Of a stretch of DNA of 63,010 nt, positions 18,101 through 31,272 are shown piece by piece. The DNA is from a virus (taxonomy: Duplodnaviria > Caudoviricetes): positions 1 through 63,010 of IMG/VR virus record IMGVR_UViG_3300044638_001695. One strand, written 5' to 3'. The position numbers and the translations under genes were made by a program. The notes beneath the pieces are model-generated. The model searched no databases and had not been told where the DNA came from. It saw nothing but the letters and a program-made list of their open reading frames with translations. How positions within the stretch are numbered: position 1 is the stretch's first letter; every line of letters begins with the position of its first letter.

Positions 18101-19817
18101 TTGTGACGGCTTTGAAACCGGTAAATTCAGGGCTGGCATACTCTGGGATAGAAGATCCATCAACCGCATTGGACGCTATCAATTGATCTGCATCGACAAC
18201 AGCATATTGAACGGGTATTTTGCGGTTTGTTTTAGCGGAAACAACAGAACCCTGTCTTCCGACTTGCTGTGCTGGCAATGTTTGTGCGCCAAAGACAACT
18301 GGAGCGCCCTCAAGGAATGAGTTTGAAAATGCAACTCTTGAGTAGTCAGGCTTATTGGCTATTGCATTCATTTGCGCAATAGACGTTGGGCTGCTACGCT
18401 CACGGTTTTGTAAAATCGTATTAGCTGCAACACCACCTTCTGCAACCGGCTCTGCTGTCTCAGCGGCTTTTGGCGTCTCAACTAGTTCGCCCTTGTCATT
18501 CAATGGAATAATATCTTCTGCTGAAGGTTGCACAATTTTTGGTTGTGCAGGTTGTGCAACAGGAGGTAATGTACGCTGCTCAGCAGACTCTGGTGCAGCT
18601 CCTAGTGGAAGCTCTAACTCAGGCGGCTCTACTTGCACGGCTTGTGCCGGAGTAGCTTGTGTAATTTGTGCGGGGGTAGTTTGTGCAACTTGTGCAGGCT
18701 TAATAGGCAATTGCCCTTGACTGCGCTGAAATTCTTCTTCCATTGCAGCTTGGTCTAGCGCAACATCGGACGGTACGCCTTCAGGTAAAGCGACCGGAGG
18801 AGCGCCCGGGGGGGCGGCTGGAGGAGCAGTCTCAATTGTCTCCTGTTCTTCAGCAGGCGTCTCTGGCGCTTTTGGGGCCTGAGCAGCCATCTGACGAGCC
18901 TGATCTCGACGCATAGCTGTGCCGGGTATAGAAATTGTGCCGCCTAATATCCCGCCGCCGATAAAACTTTCTACAAATTCATTAATGGCATCCTGATCGC
19001 CTAGCGTCAGCCCTGCCTGTAATCTTTCTAAGAATTGTTGACCAACTTCTGTCATACCCTCTATGCCGCCTGTACGAGCGCCCTGAGCGCCGTAAGCCGC
19101 TGTGCTACGAACGATACCTTGCTTAGCAATTTCCGCAGCCTGAGCCTCTGTAACTTCTTTTCCGGCTTTACCAAACAATCTTTGTACGCCCGGGATCATG
19201 CGGAATGACAGGGTTTCTAGCGCGGATTGTGGAATGGCGGTAGCAATAGCGCCAGTAAGGTTGGTGTCTTCAAGCGCGAAGCCCCGTTCTTGCTGTCGCT
19301 GAAGATTAGATCCCGCAAATTGAATGGCTGATGCTAGGCCACTAATGCCTGTAGCCACTGCACCGGAAGCGCCTGCTGCTGTTGCAACGCCCGCCGCCGC
19401 AATGGGGGCGATCATGTAAGGGATAGATTGACCAAGCGTCTCAACAAATTTTCCCGAGAAATCGGTTGACCATCCGCCCTCTATGGGCTTAAACGCTTTT
19501 TTGCCTTTCTCTTCCGCCTCTTCTTGGATTTGCTTGGCTTTCTCTACGTCCATTATTCCAATACGACCAGCAAGACCTGCGAGGCCACCTTTGAGTCCCT
19601 GATAGCTCGAGTAAATAGACGTATCAAGATCACTTCGCGCACCAATGCCGGGCTGACCTTCTACGCCAAAACGATTGCGAATAGCGGCCTGTGTTGCTGC
19701 GTTAGCTTGTGTGTAATTCTCATCCTGCGGCGCATACTTGGTGAAGATGGCAGCTTTAGTCTCCTCGTTAGCGTTGACGTAATTAGGATCATTGAGAATT
19801 TCCGACAAGCTTGCCAT
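12129..19817 (-). CDS. Large polyvalent virion/ejection protein (DdrB-like ParB domain, zincin HExxH, LPD38-like C terminus)
   Basis: 2562 aa; LQNRERS/YAVVDADQLIASN/NGRIAG; LRHEVTH...EFWA; ENATRLSAY, NITVNFNRKG, YAFFNASAQG, PMPFGF, ENKDAFGRPI. Confidence 0.75.
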   Translation of the reverse strand: MASLSEILNDPNYVNANEETKAAIFTKYAPQDENYTQANAATQAAIRNRFGVEGQPGIGARSDLDTSIYSSYQGLKGGLAGLAGRIGIMDVEKAKQIQEEAEEKGKKAFKPIEGGWSTDFSGKFVETLGQSIPYMIAPIAAAGVATAAGASGAVATGISGLASAIQFAGSNLQRQQERGFALEDTNLTGAIATAIPQSALETLSFRMIPGVQRLFGKAGKEVTEAQAAEIAKQGIVRSTAAYGAQGARTGGIEGMTEVGQQFLERLQAGLTLGDQDAINEFVESFIGGGILGGTISIPGTAMRRDQARQMAAQAPKAPETPAEEQETIETAPPAAPPGAPPVALPEGVPSDVALDQAAMEEEFQRSQGQLPIKPAQVAQTTPAQITQATPAQAVQVEPPELELPLGAAPESAEQRTLPPVAQPAQPKIVQPSAEDIIPLNDKGELVETPKAAETAEPVAEGGVAANTILQNRERSSPTSIAQMNAIANKPDYSRVAFSNSFLEGAPVVFGAQTLPAQQVGRQGSVVSAKTNRKIPVQYAVVDADQLIASNAVDGSSIPEYASPEFTGFKAVTNGRIAGLKEGYVRGTMGQYKQDLLADDIHGISPDVINRIKNPILVRIMPQDQVTQDIADESNTSSTLALSATERAKNDANRIDLDGLEFREDGAISPETVRGFVAAMPQSEQQELIDKQGRPTRQAYDRLNAAIFYKAYGNDALVSLAAEAKSVDAANIINGLSQAAPQMAQLAGTGEYDIRPQVVQSAEMAINASRQGQKLADVIAQQELISEDSIAKQVLQLFANNTRSAKKIGEGLRRIATDVNAEASRSQEPDMFGEAPAKVPAAKVVENTAKQIMLDAGYTPQDLNVIGFTKASPELQAEVAELERQMQKLGLDSGAIIDGIKGAQNLSELEYYNRAKSELAKAIAQAAKQGGRGDVSQVNVPPPPAELTSPSEEELKAKQEAADKAAADKARADREADAKAKSEQDRKDIAARSEKAAGEFELGKTAEEDLTGQKDIFVDKKELPELDITGQKTPKGRNPYVVAAGRLFQQGKMSREDFNAYADKYTPIAEVSMDVLEPPTPLQKIVDFFHDPVDAARVEKSIPNGTKVGLRMDVPALNAGLPVVSIHTGKANDDPKTGLPYKTAGKVIKYASTGHIKNVTFAPRSQEKSLNMGINPVKEPLQTAEGEWVNTSPEETLNKVKELSKDSAWTQVGFDPSRRGYFYDRSTGEPVSSASELYQIGRFLLAKDVKYASKDEFLYNVGKKNKSKEFKTLDGFTFYLTEDGKVVDNLDPDKVDMSWDSFDDFMESTSNLRTIFPDQEIASSNSAEQIRKENIAKYASLKQKLAAIQRRFVKDKSKPFDKESYKYLSLQAQDLKDVIESTKEPKTSPVDFLARAAKELADGNISQEVYDVVDAMYKKNPSLLDGLRLSVKTATGKAADLDAAGQFFALTKIVRLFKESEGTTNPSTLRHEVTHSLEQLMTQDAQAALVDAWGKSLLKATRNAKTDEEKAFFVTVGNFIENPTNETMQLAADAMPDYSYYQYINPSEFWAVNAEPLMASYLGGGWQRFKTSVKGLFEALKNVLGFDNKSSVYKTFNSVINADKERKSPMLSDYVRMVGKMLPTYNIPKPTNKPSQATLPSVLPAPKSLPLKPKPAATWQSLEPMTWKDTRAIQLFDKHRNLDLVQKEITKIVGEIGNDLNAYRAETLAHGRAERQVKDFLSLEFRPIIKEMKDGNITDEALTEYLVMRHAEEANDLIAKRNPNDPTKQDKGSGVSYQQREDYFKALDPAKKKVFESLAKKVDEVLKKTRDLLEEGGVITKEQKEAWESLFEFYVPLRREESDYSLPSSSYRRVGDYAKSRTGSAKDVIDVLSNIAANREIAVHRIEKEKVNRAVYGLAVMNPNPEYWMAISPDAIKNKDLLVAELEDKFDLSRQDAEAFVKNIMAEPTKERFNKETGVVDRYIDTTAKYGDYVLPVKMDGKDRFVFFNPKNDRSMQMVQSLRGLDVPQLGSVMQTIAPITRFFSAINTQYNLIFGAWNFARDIQGARLNLSTTPIAEDKNAVFTGTFSAIPDIYKAVREQTADKPFSDTGDGSWDDFTKHGGKVGYKDQFARLNQSTNIVNRELAALDRGITMSGAYKVANWISNVNDVLENATRLSAYRVALDKFKKEAEANNAGGKISEKQLEDMKARAADIAKNITVNFNRKGTFGVTAGSLYAFFNASAQGTKRLYETLSGPKGKTIMAAGIGIGIAQAIALAMAGFDEDEPTEFIKQKNLIIPTGDGKYVMWPMPFGFNIFPNLGRTFFETASKASKGQSVTPQLVNAVTMLANAFNPLGGGGLLQMVAPTVADPIVALIENKDAFGRPISRESRATSPVPGYKLSRDPSPSISQFLAEFINTITFGDKDKRGALSPTADQIDYLGKQLGGGVYREVSGILTYVSNKIQDKETPDYKVPIAGKIVGDLNSPPAISQRFYSNVIKMAEHEASIKGRIERRESVTEYMRNNPEASMWRRANTLENEISKLNRRRREMVEKQEPIERIKKLDDQKTRMMKQFNDQVRKYN

Positions 19818-19818
19818 A

Positions 19819-21195
19819 TTAGTTTGTACGCAAAAGTGGGTTGTTAGGATCTACTCCACCAGAAGGTGCGCGGCGAGGAGGAGGAGAGGACGACCCGCCA
19901 CCAAATGACGGTGTTAATGCGTTGCCAACCATACTCCAAAACCCCGGCTGCGCAGCAGGAGCCTCAGAAGCCTCTGGAGGCGCTGGAATAAACAAGCTAG
20001 GATCAAGACCCCTGCCACGGAAAATTGGTTCAGCAATAGCGTAAATTCTACGATTAATTGTGACGTTTTCAGGATCATCTACGGCACGGCCTGATGCTTC
20101 TCTCGTTTTAATCAACGCACGAATCTCTGGGTTCATGTTCAAAGCTTGATAGGCTTGAGTGATGCGTTTGTCATCAGGGCTGATTCCTGCTCGTGCAGCA
20201 GCAGCTTGAATTTGCTCAAGCCTAATTGCATCACCAACACCGCTTGCAAGACCTTGCATAGATGGTGCATAGCTTTCTTTGCCGGCTTTAAAACCTGCCA
20301 TGCGTGATTCAGGGCCAATATCAATAAGCTGACCTTCGGCTCTTTGTCGTGCAGCAAGGGCTTGATTGCGGGTATTTTGTGCCGCCGCACCGCCACCTGC
20401 AATAGCCAATGCGGGAGTGCTACGACCAGCCATGCCTAGCAAGAAGTTTGTTAACTCAGAATCTCTATCAAACGCCGTTCTCTCTTGTATTTGACGTTCT
20501 TTAGCAGCGCGTTCTTCAGGAGTGTAGTTAGAGCCACGAGTAACTTCCTCTACACGCTGTCGATACACGTCTTCCGGTCTAAGGCCCAAGAGCGCAGCAA
20601 GTCCTGCCTGCAAACCACCGCTTTGTGCGTTGGCTTGTGGTTCAACGCGAGGTGCTTCGCGTTGAGGCTCTTGGCGTCTGGCAGCATAGGCACGGCGAGC
20701 TTCTTCTTCACCAACATTACCACCTTCATCAAATGCCACAATACCGCCACCTGCCATGCGCTGCATATTTGGAGCAGCCGCACCTGAAATCCCTGCCGAG
20801 GGTGGACGTTGTGGCATAGCATTCATTATCCCACCGGCTTGGGGTTGTGGCGCAGCTCCCATCATTCCTTGTGGCGCACCGGCAGCTTGCATCAATCGCT
20901 TTTGTGCTTCCTGCTGCTCACGCATTTTGTTCTGCATGACACCGGCTTGCTCTTGGACAACCTCTTGCTTGGTCATGTCCATGACTTGTTGTTCGCGCTG
21001 ATCGGCAACGGTAGGCGGCTTCCCACCCATCTTAAGTTGCATGTCACGCTGCGCAGATTCTTTCTCTGACTTAAGTTTCTGCAAAGCCAGCAGATCAATT
21101 AGATTCTGATTCTGTGCGTACTTTTGTTGCAGCATCTGTGGATTGCCGCGATACGCATCTACCGTTTGCTCAAGTGTCTGGTCAATACCGTACAT
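19819..21195 (-). CDS. Putative DNA ejection (internal virion) protein
   Basis: Ala/Gln/Gly-rich 458 aa; MAGGGIVAFDEGG; lies between nozzle and giant protein. Confidence 0.6.
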   Translation of the reverse strand: MYGIDQTLEQTVDAYRGNPQMLQQKYAQNQNLIDLLALQKLKSEKESAQRDMQLKMGGKPPTVADQREQQVMDMTKQEVVQEQAGVMQNKMREQQEAQKRLMQAAGAPQGMMGAAPQPQAGGIMNAMPQRPPSAGISGAAAPNMQRMAGGGIVAFDEGGNVGEEEARRAYAARRQEPQREAPRVEPQANAQSGGLQAGLAALLGLRPEDVYRQRVEEVTRGSNYTPEERAAKERQIQERTAFDRDSELTNFLLGMAGRSTPALAIAGGGAAAQNTRNQALAARQRAEGQLIDIGPESRMAGFKAGKESYAPSMQGLASGVGDAIRLEQIQAAAARAGISPDDKRITQAYQALNMNPEIRALIKTREASGRAVDDPENVTINRRIYAIAEPIFRGRGLDPSLFIPAPPEASEAPAAQPGFWSMVGNALTPSFGGGSSSPPPRRAPSGGVDPNNPLLRTN

Positions 21196-21204
21196 AGTAG
21201 TTCC

Positions 21205-22044
21205 TTAGCCGAACAGTGTTTTCAGTAAGCTTGTAATCCCACCAGCCGTGCCTGCGATATTTGATATAGCAGATGGTTGCTGGTAGGAATAAGACTGAGT
21301 GGCAAGCGGCATACCTTGGAGTAGCGACTGCTGGTATTGGACTTGTTTAAACGGATAGTCACGCTCTTCTTTAAACTGACCGTAATCCGCCGCAATACCT
21401 TCACTCTCAATGCCGCGCTGCACACCACCTAGCTCTGCTTGCCTACCGAGCGCGGTTAATCCGTACTGGTTTGCTTGGTTTTGAGCTTCCATTTGGCGCT
21501 GCTGTTCGGTGTTGAACTGTTGTTGACCCACATCGTAAGCCGTCTTGTAGCCTTGACCTGTAATTTCTGCCTGCTTGCCCATCAAGTTGCGGTTAAGTTC
21601 AGACTCCATAATGGCTTGACGACTACCACCGTAAGCACCGGCCTTAGTAAGTCTTGCCGCATCACCCATGCGTGTGATCTGAGCCTGACGGCGAGCTTCA
21701 TCTAATTGAGGATTTAACGACGCCATTAAGTACGGGTTCATGTACTGTTGGGCTGTACCTTCCGCAGTAAACGACTGAGGGTTAAATGCACCCATGTTCT
21801 GAGGCAATGCCAGCCCCGCTACGCCTTGAAACGCTTGGTTCTGTAGGTTAGACGCACCGGCTGTCAACGGCCCCATATACGCCTGATACGGCGTTTCGCT
21901 CAGAGCCTGACCCTTGCCAAGCATATTAGTTACATAAGGACCCGCCCAATTAGATAGGGACGACTCCGTGCTTAGCTGTTGACCAGCAAGCGGATCAGGA
22001 ATCGTTGGGGTGGTAGTGCCTGTGTTTGCGGGACCAGTTGCCAT
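21205..22044 (-). CDS. Putative pilot/ejection protein
   Basis: QYMNPY, AGAYGGSRQAI, Gln-rich, C-terminal Gly-rich helix. Confidence 0.6.
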   Translation of the reverse strand: MATGPANTGTTTPTIPDPLAGQQLSTESSLSNWAGPYVTNMLGKGQALSETPYQAYMGPLTAGASNLQNQAFQGVAGLALPQNMGAFNPQSFTAEGTAQQYMNPYLMASLNPQLDEARRQAQITRMGDAARLTKAGAYGGSRQAIMESELNRNLMGKQAEITGQGYKTAYDVGQQQFNTEQQRQMEAQNQANQYGLTALGRQAELGGVQRGIESEGIAADYGQFKEERDYPFKQVQYQQSLLQGMPLATQSYSYQQPSAISNIAGTAGGITSLLKTLFG

Positions 22045-22052
22045 AATTTACC

Positions 22053-22783
22053 TCAAGCCGGTAATGTTTTCTTTGGGTTAGCGGGTTTAATCTGCTTTTT
22101 CGTACCATGCGCATGCTGACGAACCCGATCCATCATGGCGTATAAAACCTTAGCACCGGCACTTGAATTGCCACTACCCAACGCACTTACAATGTCGGCG
22201 GGAACCACGAACTCACCGTGACTCAATTTAGCTTGTTGCTTGCCTTCAATCTTTGCAGGTATTTTATCAGCCATTCCATCTGTTGCGCCACCTAAATAGT
22301 AGCCAAGATTAGCTAAGCCGCCCTGTGCGTAACCAATCATACCGCCTTGTGCCGCACCGCCCACATCGTTTACAGGCACTTCAGGCGCAGGGGTTACAGG
22401 AACTACGGGTGCTTCGGGGACTACGGGGGCGGGTGCTGTAGCTTTTGGTGCATATACCATATCGGTAAAGTACCGGCGACCCATGCTTCCGGGGCGACGA
22501 TCAGCATTATAGTCAATAGGCAATTGCTGACGGGTTGCAGTAAGCGAAGGGATTCCACCCTGATAGCCCGACTTTTGTTGGCTTCCGCCAAGCATTCCAG
22601 TGCCTTGCAAAATTCCAGCAAGGGCTGTTGGACCTAGCGTGGTTAGAAGCTTGCCCCAATCCGTACCAGAACCTAATAAGGCGTTGGTTATTGCGGGTGT
22701 TTCGGTGAACATCGAATCAATTTCTTCAGGAGAATACCCTACTGGGGTAGACCCGCTACCATAATTCTCATAATCTACATCCA

Positions 22784-22787
<4 letters not shown>
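22053..22787 (-). CDS. Virion-associated protein with AxGG motifs and a DGMAD-IPA...LSHGEFVVPAD domain
   Basis: Motifs read from the translation; function inferred. Confidence 0.6.
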
Positions 22788-26781
<3,994 letters not shown>

Positions 26782-26785
<4 letters not shown>

Positions 26786-27231
26786 GCAAGCACCTTAGTG
26801 AAATTCTTTTCGTAATGCGTATAACCCAAAGACTCAATCAATCCTGTATGGTCGTGGTCTACCTTGCAGCTCATCATCACACGATTAACGCCAGCATTAC
26901 GCAATACATTTTCTGCGTACTTAAATAATGCTTTACCAATCCCGTTGCCTCTGCATTTAGGAACAACGTAATACCAATCTTCTTTGGCTATTTTATAACC
27001 AATGTGCCGCATATGATCGTACACAAAAAACCCAATCCAGCCTACCAATTCATCGCCTATCCGACAGGTAATGAGCTGATACATATCTCTTGCCATAGAG
27101 TACCGGTTCCAATTAATGTCTAGCGGTACATCAGAAAACACATTTACTTCTGCATGATGCTCAACAGCTAAGGGAGCTAACTCGTCAACAATGTCTTCGA
27201 CGCGCTCAACCCCAAACAGAGGACTCATCAT
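26782..27231 (-). CDS. GNAT family acetyltransferase
   Basis: YYVVPKCRGNGIGKALF acetyl-CoA motif A; ESLGY. Confidence 0.85.
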
Positions 27232-27893
27232 TCCAACCTAGATACATAAACAATAGAACCAATTGCCGACGGGTTAGCAGGGCGCACATAAGGAACCGCT
27301 TGTGCTGGAATGAATTCCATATAAACACCATCTACAGGACCCACAGGGTTATATGCTTGGTCAGTTGCCCACCACAGTTTAATCTCGTCGTCCTCTTGTA
27401 TTTCAAAAGTAACAGACGAATAAGCCACAATAAAAGAATAAACGCCCGCACTTTTTCTTGCTGGGACTGTAAACTTGCTTGTAGATCTGGCAACAACCGT
27501 TCCGTTTGTTTGCAACCAAATATACGCATCGTGCGCCGCATTATCTGTATTTGCAAGCTGCAAGCTGTAATCAATCTTATACACGCCAGAGTGGGCTGCT
27601 GTAGCGCTGCCAGATGGGTTTAATGTAAAACCACTGCTTGACTCTAGCGTATCCCACAAAACAAGTGTGGGTGTGTCGTTTGCCGTGGCATATTGATCTG
27701 TATTGTCGCTTGCTGAAATATGCGGCAACTCAAGGTACTGACCACCGTTGCTACCCAACAGTCCTTGGATAACAGAATCTATCTGCGCAAAATACAAACG
27801 CAAGATGTTTGAATATCTATTCTTAAAGTCGCGTGTATATACAGGCTCTGCCAATGGCAAAGCTGGTGCGCGAGTGTTTATTAACTTAGCCAC
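27228..27893 (-). CDS. Virion structural protein (beta-rich)
   Basis: GTG start overlapping the nozzle stop; APALPLA...LRLYF; GVYKIDYSLQL. Confidence 0.55.
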   Translation of the reverse strand: MAKLINTRAPALPLAEPVYTRDFKNRYSNILRLYFAQIDSVIQGLLGSNGGQYLELPHISASDNTDQYATANDTPTLVLWDTLESSSGFTLNPSGSATAAHSGVYKIDYSLQLANTDNAAHDAYIWLQTNGTVVARSTSKFTVPARKSAGVYSFIVAYSSVTFEIQEDDEIKLWWATDQAYNPVGPVDGVYMEFIPAQAVPYVRPANPSAIGSIVYVSRLE

Positions 27894-29757
27894 GTCTGCC
27901 GTCTTGCTTAACATCAACACGGGTAGCACCTGCCTGCCATGCCGTACCTAATTGATCAGACTCGTATCGCAAAATAAATTGACGACCACGAACTCGAATA
28001 AACACTTGACCCGTAAACTCCTCAATCGGCGCTTGGGCTATCCTAACCACCGGAGCGGAAGCATTACCACCCTCTGACAATGGATTATTAAACCCAGAAC
28101 CAGAGTTCTTCATTGGCTTAATGGTAAGGGTTAGCTGCGGGGTTAAAGCGCCAGTCGAGGCTCTAAACGTAACGTCAGGCAATACACGCCGTATGAACGT
28201 AAAGTAATCGCCGTCGCCAACGTCCCATTCGGCTGTCTCAATATAAGCATTAAGAGGCTCTGGAGTGGCGGTTTGTACATTATCGACACCAACTTCATGG
28301 TTTACGAGGTTGTAGTCATACGTTGCCGCAACGGGGTAATCGCTTACATCAGCACCAATCCATGCCGAACGCTCCATCGTGCCGTAGTACCAGATGTCTT
28401 CTAAGTAGTTATAGATAACGTACTTATCCACAACAGTGGAGTTAGCCGAGCAATAGAACCACCATACTTCGTTAAACGCCTCGTTAATACCGCCAAACGC
28501 TTGGTATGACTGAGACAGATTAATATCCGAGAACACATACTGCCGCAAGTCGCACCGCAGCGTCGTGACGTTACCGTCATATTTATAGAACTTGTCTACG
28601 CCCATCCAATAGGTCACACCAGACGCCACAGCTACCGCATTTGGTCCAATAACAGATATCCCGTCTGCTAAGAGTGTTGCGCCCCATACGGCTGGTGGAC
28701 CGAGGTATTGCAAGCTATATACAGACATATCAGTAAAAACAACAATTTCCTGACGAGTTTGCACCGCTGCAACAATCTCAGAACCGTGAGAAAGGATCAA
28801 ACTACCGGCTTGATTTGTTGCTGCTGGAGTCCAGTTTGCCGCATCCTCTTGGTCTGACCAGCGGATTAACATTGGGTTTTGTGTGGCTGATCCTATCTCA
28901 TTGGCTCCAAAAGCTAAAACGAATCTAGATACGTCAGACACCATAACAATATTTTGCTTGGTAGGAACATCTGACGCACCCCCCAATGAGGAAAGCAAAA
29001 CCCCTCTGACCGTAAGCCCTGAGCTTGCATCCCAATAGTAAATCCCGCCACCGCGAGAACCGAAGATTAAGTCTTCACCAAAGTTGCTTTGTGACCATAG
29101 CCGGATAGAGTTAACTGAAGATGTACCGACACCCCAAGTACCAGAACCCCATGTGCCAGCACCCCAGCCCGTCAAAGGAATCTGAATCTCTGGACCTACG
29201 TTAACTTGGTATGCCGCAACAACAGAAGCCCCGCCATCACCAACGTCTGCGCCCGTAGCATTTACACCGACATTGATTGTGTAAGTGTTTGCTGTAGGCT
29301 TTGTAACAACTTGATATTCCTTATTAAGCACCGTGGCAGTTATGTTCCCGCCAAGGCTTACTGCACTGCTAAAGGTAACAAAATCACCAATAACGCAGCC
29401 GTTAGCAGCGTCAGTAACCGTAAGCACCGCAGAGCCATTTGTAGCCGCGAATGTAGCTGTTCCGGTTGTGGTGGCACGAATGGGCGTGATGTCATAATAA
29501 AGACCGCCGTTTTGAATGTAAAACTTAAGGTTAGTGCCAACCCCAATAAGGTTAGCGCCACCTAGCGTCACCCAGTTCCATAAGGAACGGCAAACCCCAA
29601 GAAATGTACTAACCGAAAACATTTGCCAGCCGCCAATAGTCTCCGGCGTCCCGGCGCGAAAGCGAATCTTATCGCACTCGTACCAACCTGATTCCTGTTG
29701 ATATCGGGTGTTTTCGCGTGAAATTCCGGGTTTTAGCTGGAGTTTAATTAAAGGCAT
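27886..29757 (-). CDS. Tail nozzle / DNA stabilisation protein (P22 gp10-like)
   Basis: 623-aa beta-propeller-like; IRWSDQED, NEVWWFY, RVRGRQF, DVKQDGRR. Confidence 0.7.
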   Translation of the reverse strand: MPLIKLQLKPGISRENTRYQQESGWYECDKIRFRAGTPETIGGWQMFSVSTFLGVCRSLWNWVTLGGANLIGVGTNLKFYIQNGGLYYDITPIRATTTGTATFAATNGSAVLTVTDAANGCVIGDFVTFSSAVSLGGNITATVLNKEYQVVTKPTANTYTINVGVNATGADVGDGGASVVAAYQVNVGPEIQIPLTGWGAGTWGSGTWGVGTSSVNSIRLWSQSNFGEDLIFGSRGGGIYYWDASSGLTVRGVLLSSLGGASDVPTKQNIVMVSDVSRFVLAFGANEIGSATQNPMLIRWSDQEDAANWTPAATNQAGSLILSHGSEIVAAVQTRQEIVVFTDMSVYSLQYLGPPAVWGATLLADGISVIGPNAVAVASGVTYWMGVDKFYKYDGNVTTLRCDLRQYVFSDINLSQSYQAFGGINEAFNEVWWFYCSANSTVVDKYVIYNYLEDIWYYGTMERSAWIGADVSDYPVAATYDYNLVNHEVGVDNVQTATPEPLNAYIETAEWDVGDGDYFTFIRRVLPDVTFRASTGALTPQLTLTIKPMKNSGSGFNNPLSEGGNASAPVVRIAQAPIEEFTGQVFIRVRGRQFILRYESDQLGTAWQAGATRVDVKQDGRRG

Positions 29758-29760
29758 GAT

Positions 29761-30273
29761 TTACCCAAGCATAGAGGTTGCTTTGATTTTAACAGCCGCA
29801 ACCCTGTTTAGCCATCCTTTACCGAATGTCTCAAATGTATTCAGGCTGCGATAAAAGTCCTCTTTGGCTTGGCTGAACTTCTCAATCAGCTCGGCTTCAG
29901 GGATGGCGTTGACCGCAGCTAGGGTCATCGGTCCGATCCCACCGTCAGGGGTAGCTCCCACGGCAGTCTGTAGAATCTTTGCAGAACGACCACAGCCAGC
30001 GTTTACAGCAAAGTCAAAGACAAGGTAATCAATACCTGATGGCAAATCGTCGCACTTACAGGCGTCCCAGAACTTGCGCTTGTAAAGCGGTTCAACCATC
30101 TCAGGGGTCAGCGAACGCATCTCTTTCTCATTGGATTCACGCCCAACCCATTCTTCCCAGACACGCTTTGTGACGCCAAGATTGGTCATGCCGCCGGGGT
30201 CGGAAGAATGATTACTGAAGCCCCCTTCTGATGCCAACATTTGATTAAATGATTTATCCCAGTTCTCTTTCAT
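29761..30273 (-). CDS. Endolysin, glycoside hydrolase 108 with peptidoglycan-binding domain
   Basis: EGGFSNHSSDPGGMTNLGVT, FDFAVNAG, DGGIGPMTL, FGKGWLNR; ATG at 30273. Confidence 0.9.
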   Translation of the reverse strand: MKENWDKSFNQMLASEGGFSNHSSDPGGMTNLGVTKRVWEEWVGRESNEKEMRSLTPEMVEPLYKRKFWDACKCDDLPSGIDYLVFDFAVNAGCGRSAKILQTAVGATPDGGIGPMTLAAVNAIPEAELIEKFSQAKEDFYRSLNTFETFGKGWLNRVAAVKIKATSMLG

Positions 30274-30769
30274 GTTCCATCCTATGGCAGTTAGCACACA
30301 ACAAAATACATTTTGATAGTTCTTCGGCTATTTTATCAATGCCGGAATTTGCTATCATCCATGAGGGGTCACCATCTTTTTTGCCTATATGATGGAAATC
30401 ATACACAGCTATACTAAAAACTCCACCGCAGCTTTGACAACATCCACCAAGAGCATTTATAAGAGATTCTTTGATTGTTCTTTGTCTTGCCTTTTTGTAA
30501 TGATTGGCACACCGCATCCAGCCGCCTTTATTATTTAACGGCTTTCCGCAATCAATACAATCTTTCGTTCTTGTTCTAACAGGCCTATCTGAATCTTTTC
30601 CTTTTTTGTTACGCAAATAATGTGCGTTGCACAACCCCTTCGCAACAGCATCATCTTGGCATTTATCAACAAGACAAGTTCCGCGCTTTACGGACAGCTT
30701 TTCTACAGCCGCATCAAGACCAGCTTGAATTATCAAAGCTATGTCTTGCTTGGCTTTACTTGCTGCCAT
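30254..30769 (-). CDS. HNH homing endonuclease within the lysis cassette
   Basis: GLCNAHY, CIDC, CQSC, YDFHH, LLCANCHRMEH; ATG 30769 (MAASKAK). Confidence 0.85.
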   Translation of the reverse strand: MAASKAKQDIALIIQAGLDAAVEKLSVKRGTCLVDKCQDDAVAKGLCNAHYLRNKKGKDSDRPVRTRTKDCIDCGKPLNNKGGWMRCANHYKKARQRTIKESLINALGGCCQSCGGVFSIAVYDFHHIGKKDGDPSWMIANSGIDKIAEELSKCILLCANCHRMEHERELG

Positions 30770-31184
30770 TTTCGATTTCCTTTGTCTTGCGTCGTTCAAC
30801 CATATCTGCAACCTTTTCCACAGTCCTACCGCCAAAGTAGAAGGACATGATGATGATCCCCCACTGACCGAGCAGCTCAACATACTGCTTGTGGGTATCC
30901 ATGTCGAACGCTGACATCATCGCAAAGGTAAAGTAGCCACCCAGAATGATCAGAAGGGTCATAGGGCGTATATTTTTTGACAACCAAGAGTCTGATGCCA
31001 TATCTACAGCGTGACGCTTGGTAAGCTCGCCCTGTTCTTGCATATCTGCCTGCATCTTGGCAAGCTCACCTGACTGTTGTAGCTCTAGTAACTTGAGCTT
31101 GGCGGCTTCAGCAGCGTTAGCATCAGGGAATATCTTGTCGATAATCTTTGAGCCAATGTTCAGAATGTCAAGTATCGGTAACAT
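30756..31184 (-). CDS. Holin (GTA 3TM holin-like)
   Basis: IIDKIFPD, SDSWLSKNIRP, two TM segments, FYFGGRTVEK. Confidence 0.8.
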   Translation of the reverse strand: MLPILDILNIGSKIIDKIFPDANAAEAAKLKLLELQQSGELAKMQADMQEQGELTKRHAVDMASDSWLSKNIRPMTLLIILGGYFTFAMMSAFDMDTHKQYVELLGQWGIIIMSFYFGGRTVEKVADMVERRKTKEIENGSK

Positions 31185-31185
31185 A

Positions 31186-31272
31186 TTAGAACCTCACGCC
31201 TGAAAACCATGCTTTAGTTGCTGTCCACTTGGCGCTACACCAAGCCTTGAGTGCTTCCCATTTTGCTTTCAT
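31186..31272 (-). CDS. 28-aa cationic amphipathic peptide (not in ORF track)
   Basis: MKAKWEALKAWCSAKWTATKAWFSGVRF; GGAG RBS, ATGA overlap, ends 1 nt before the holin start. Confidence 0.65.
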   Translation of the reverse strand: MKAKWEALKAWCSAKWTATKAWFSGVRF

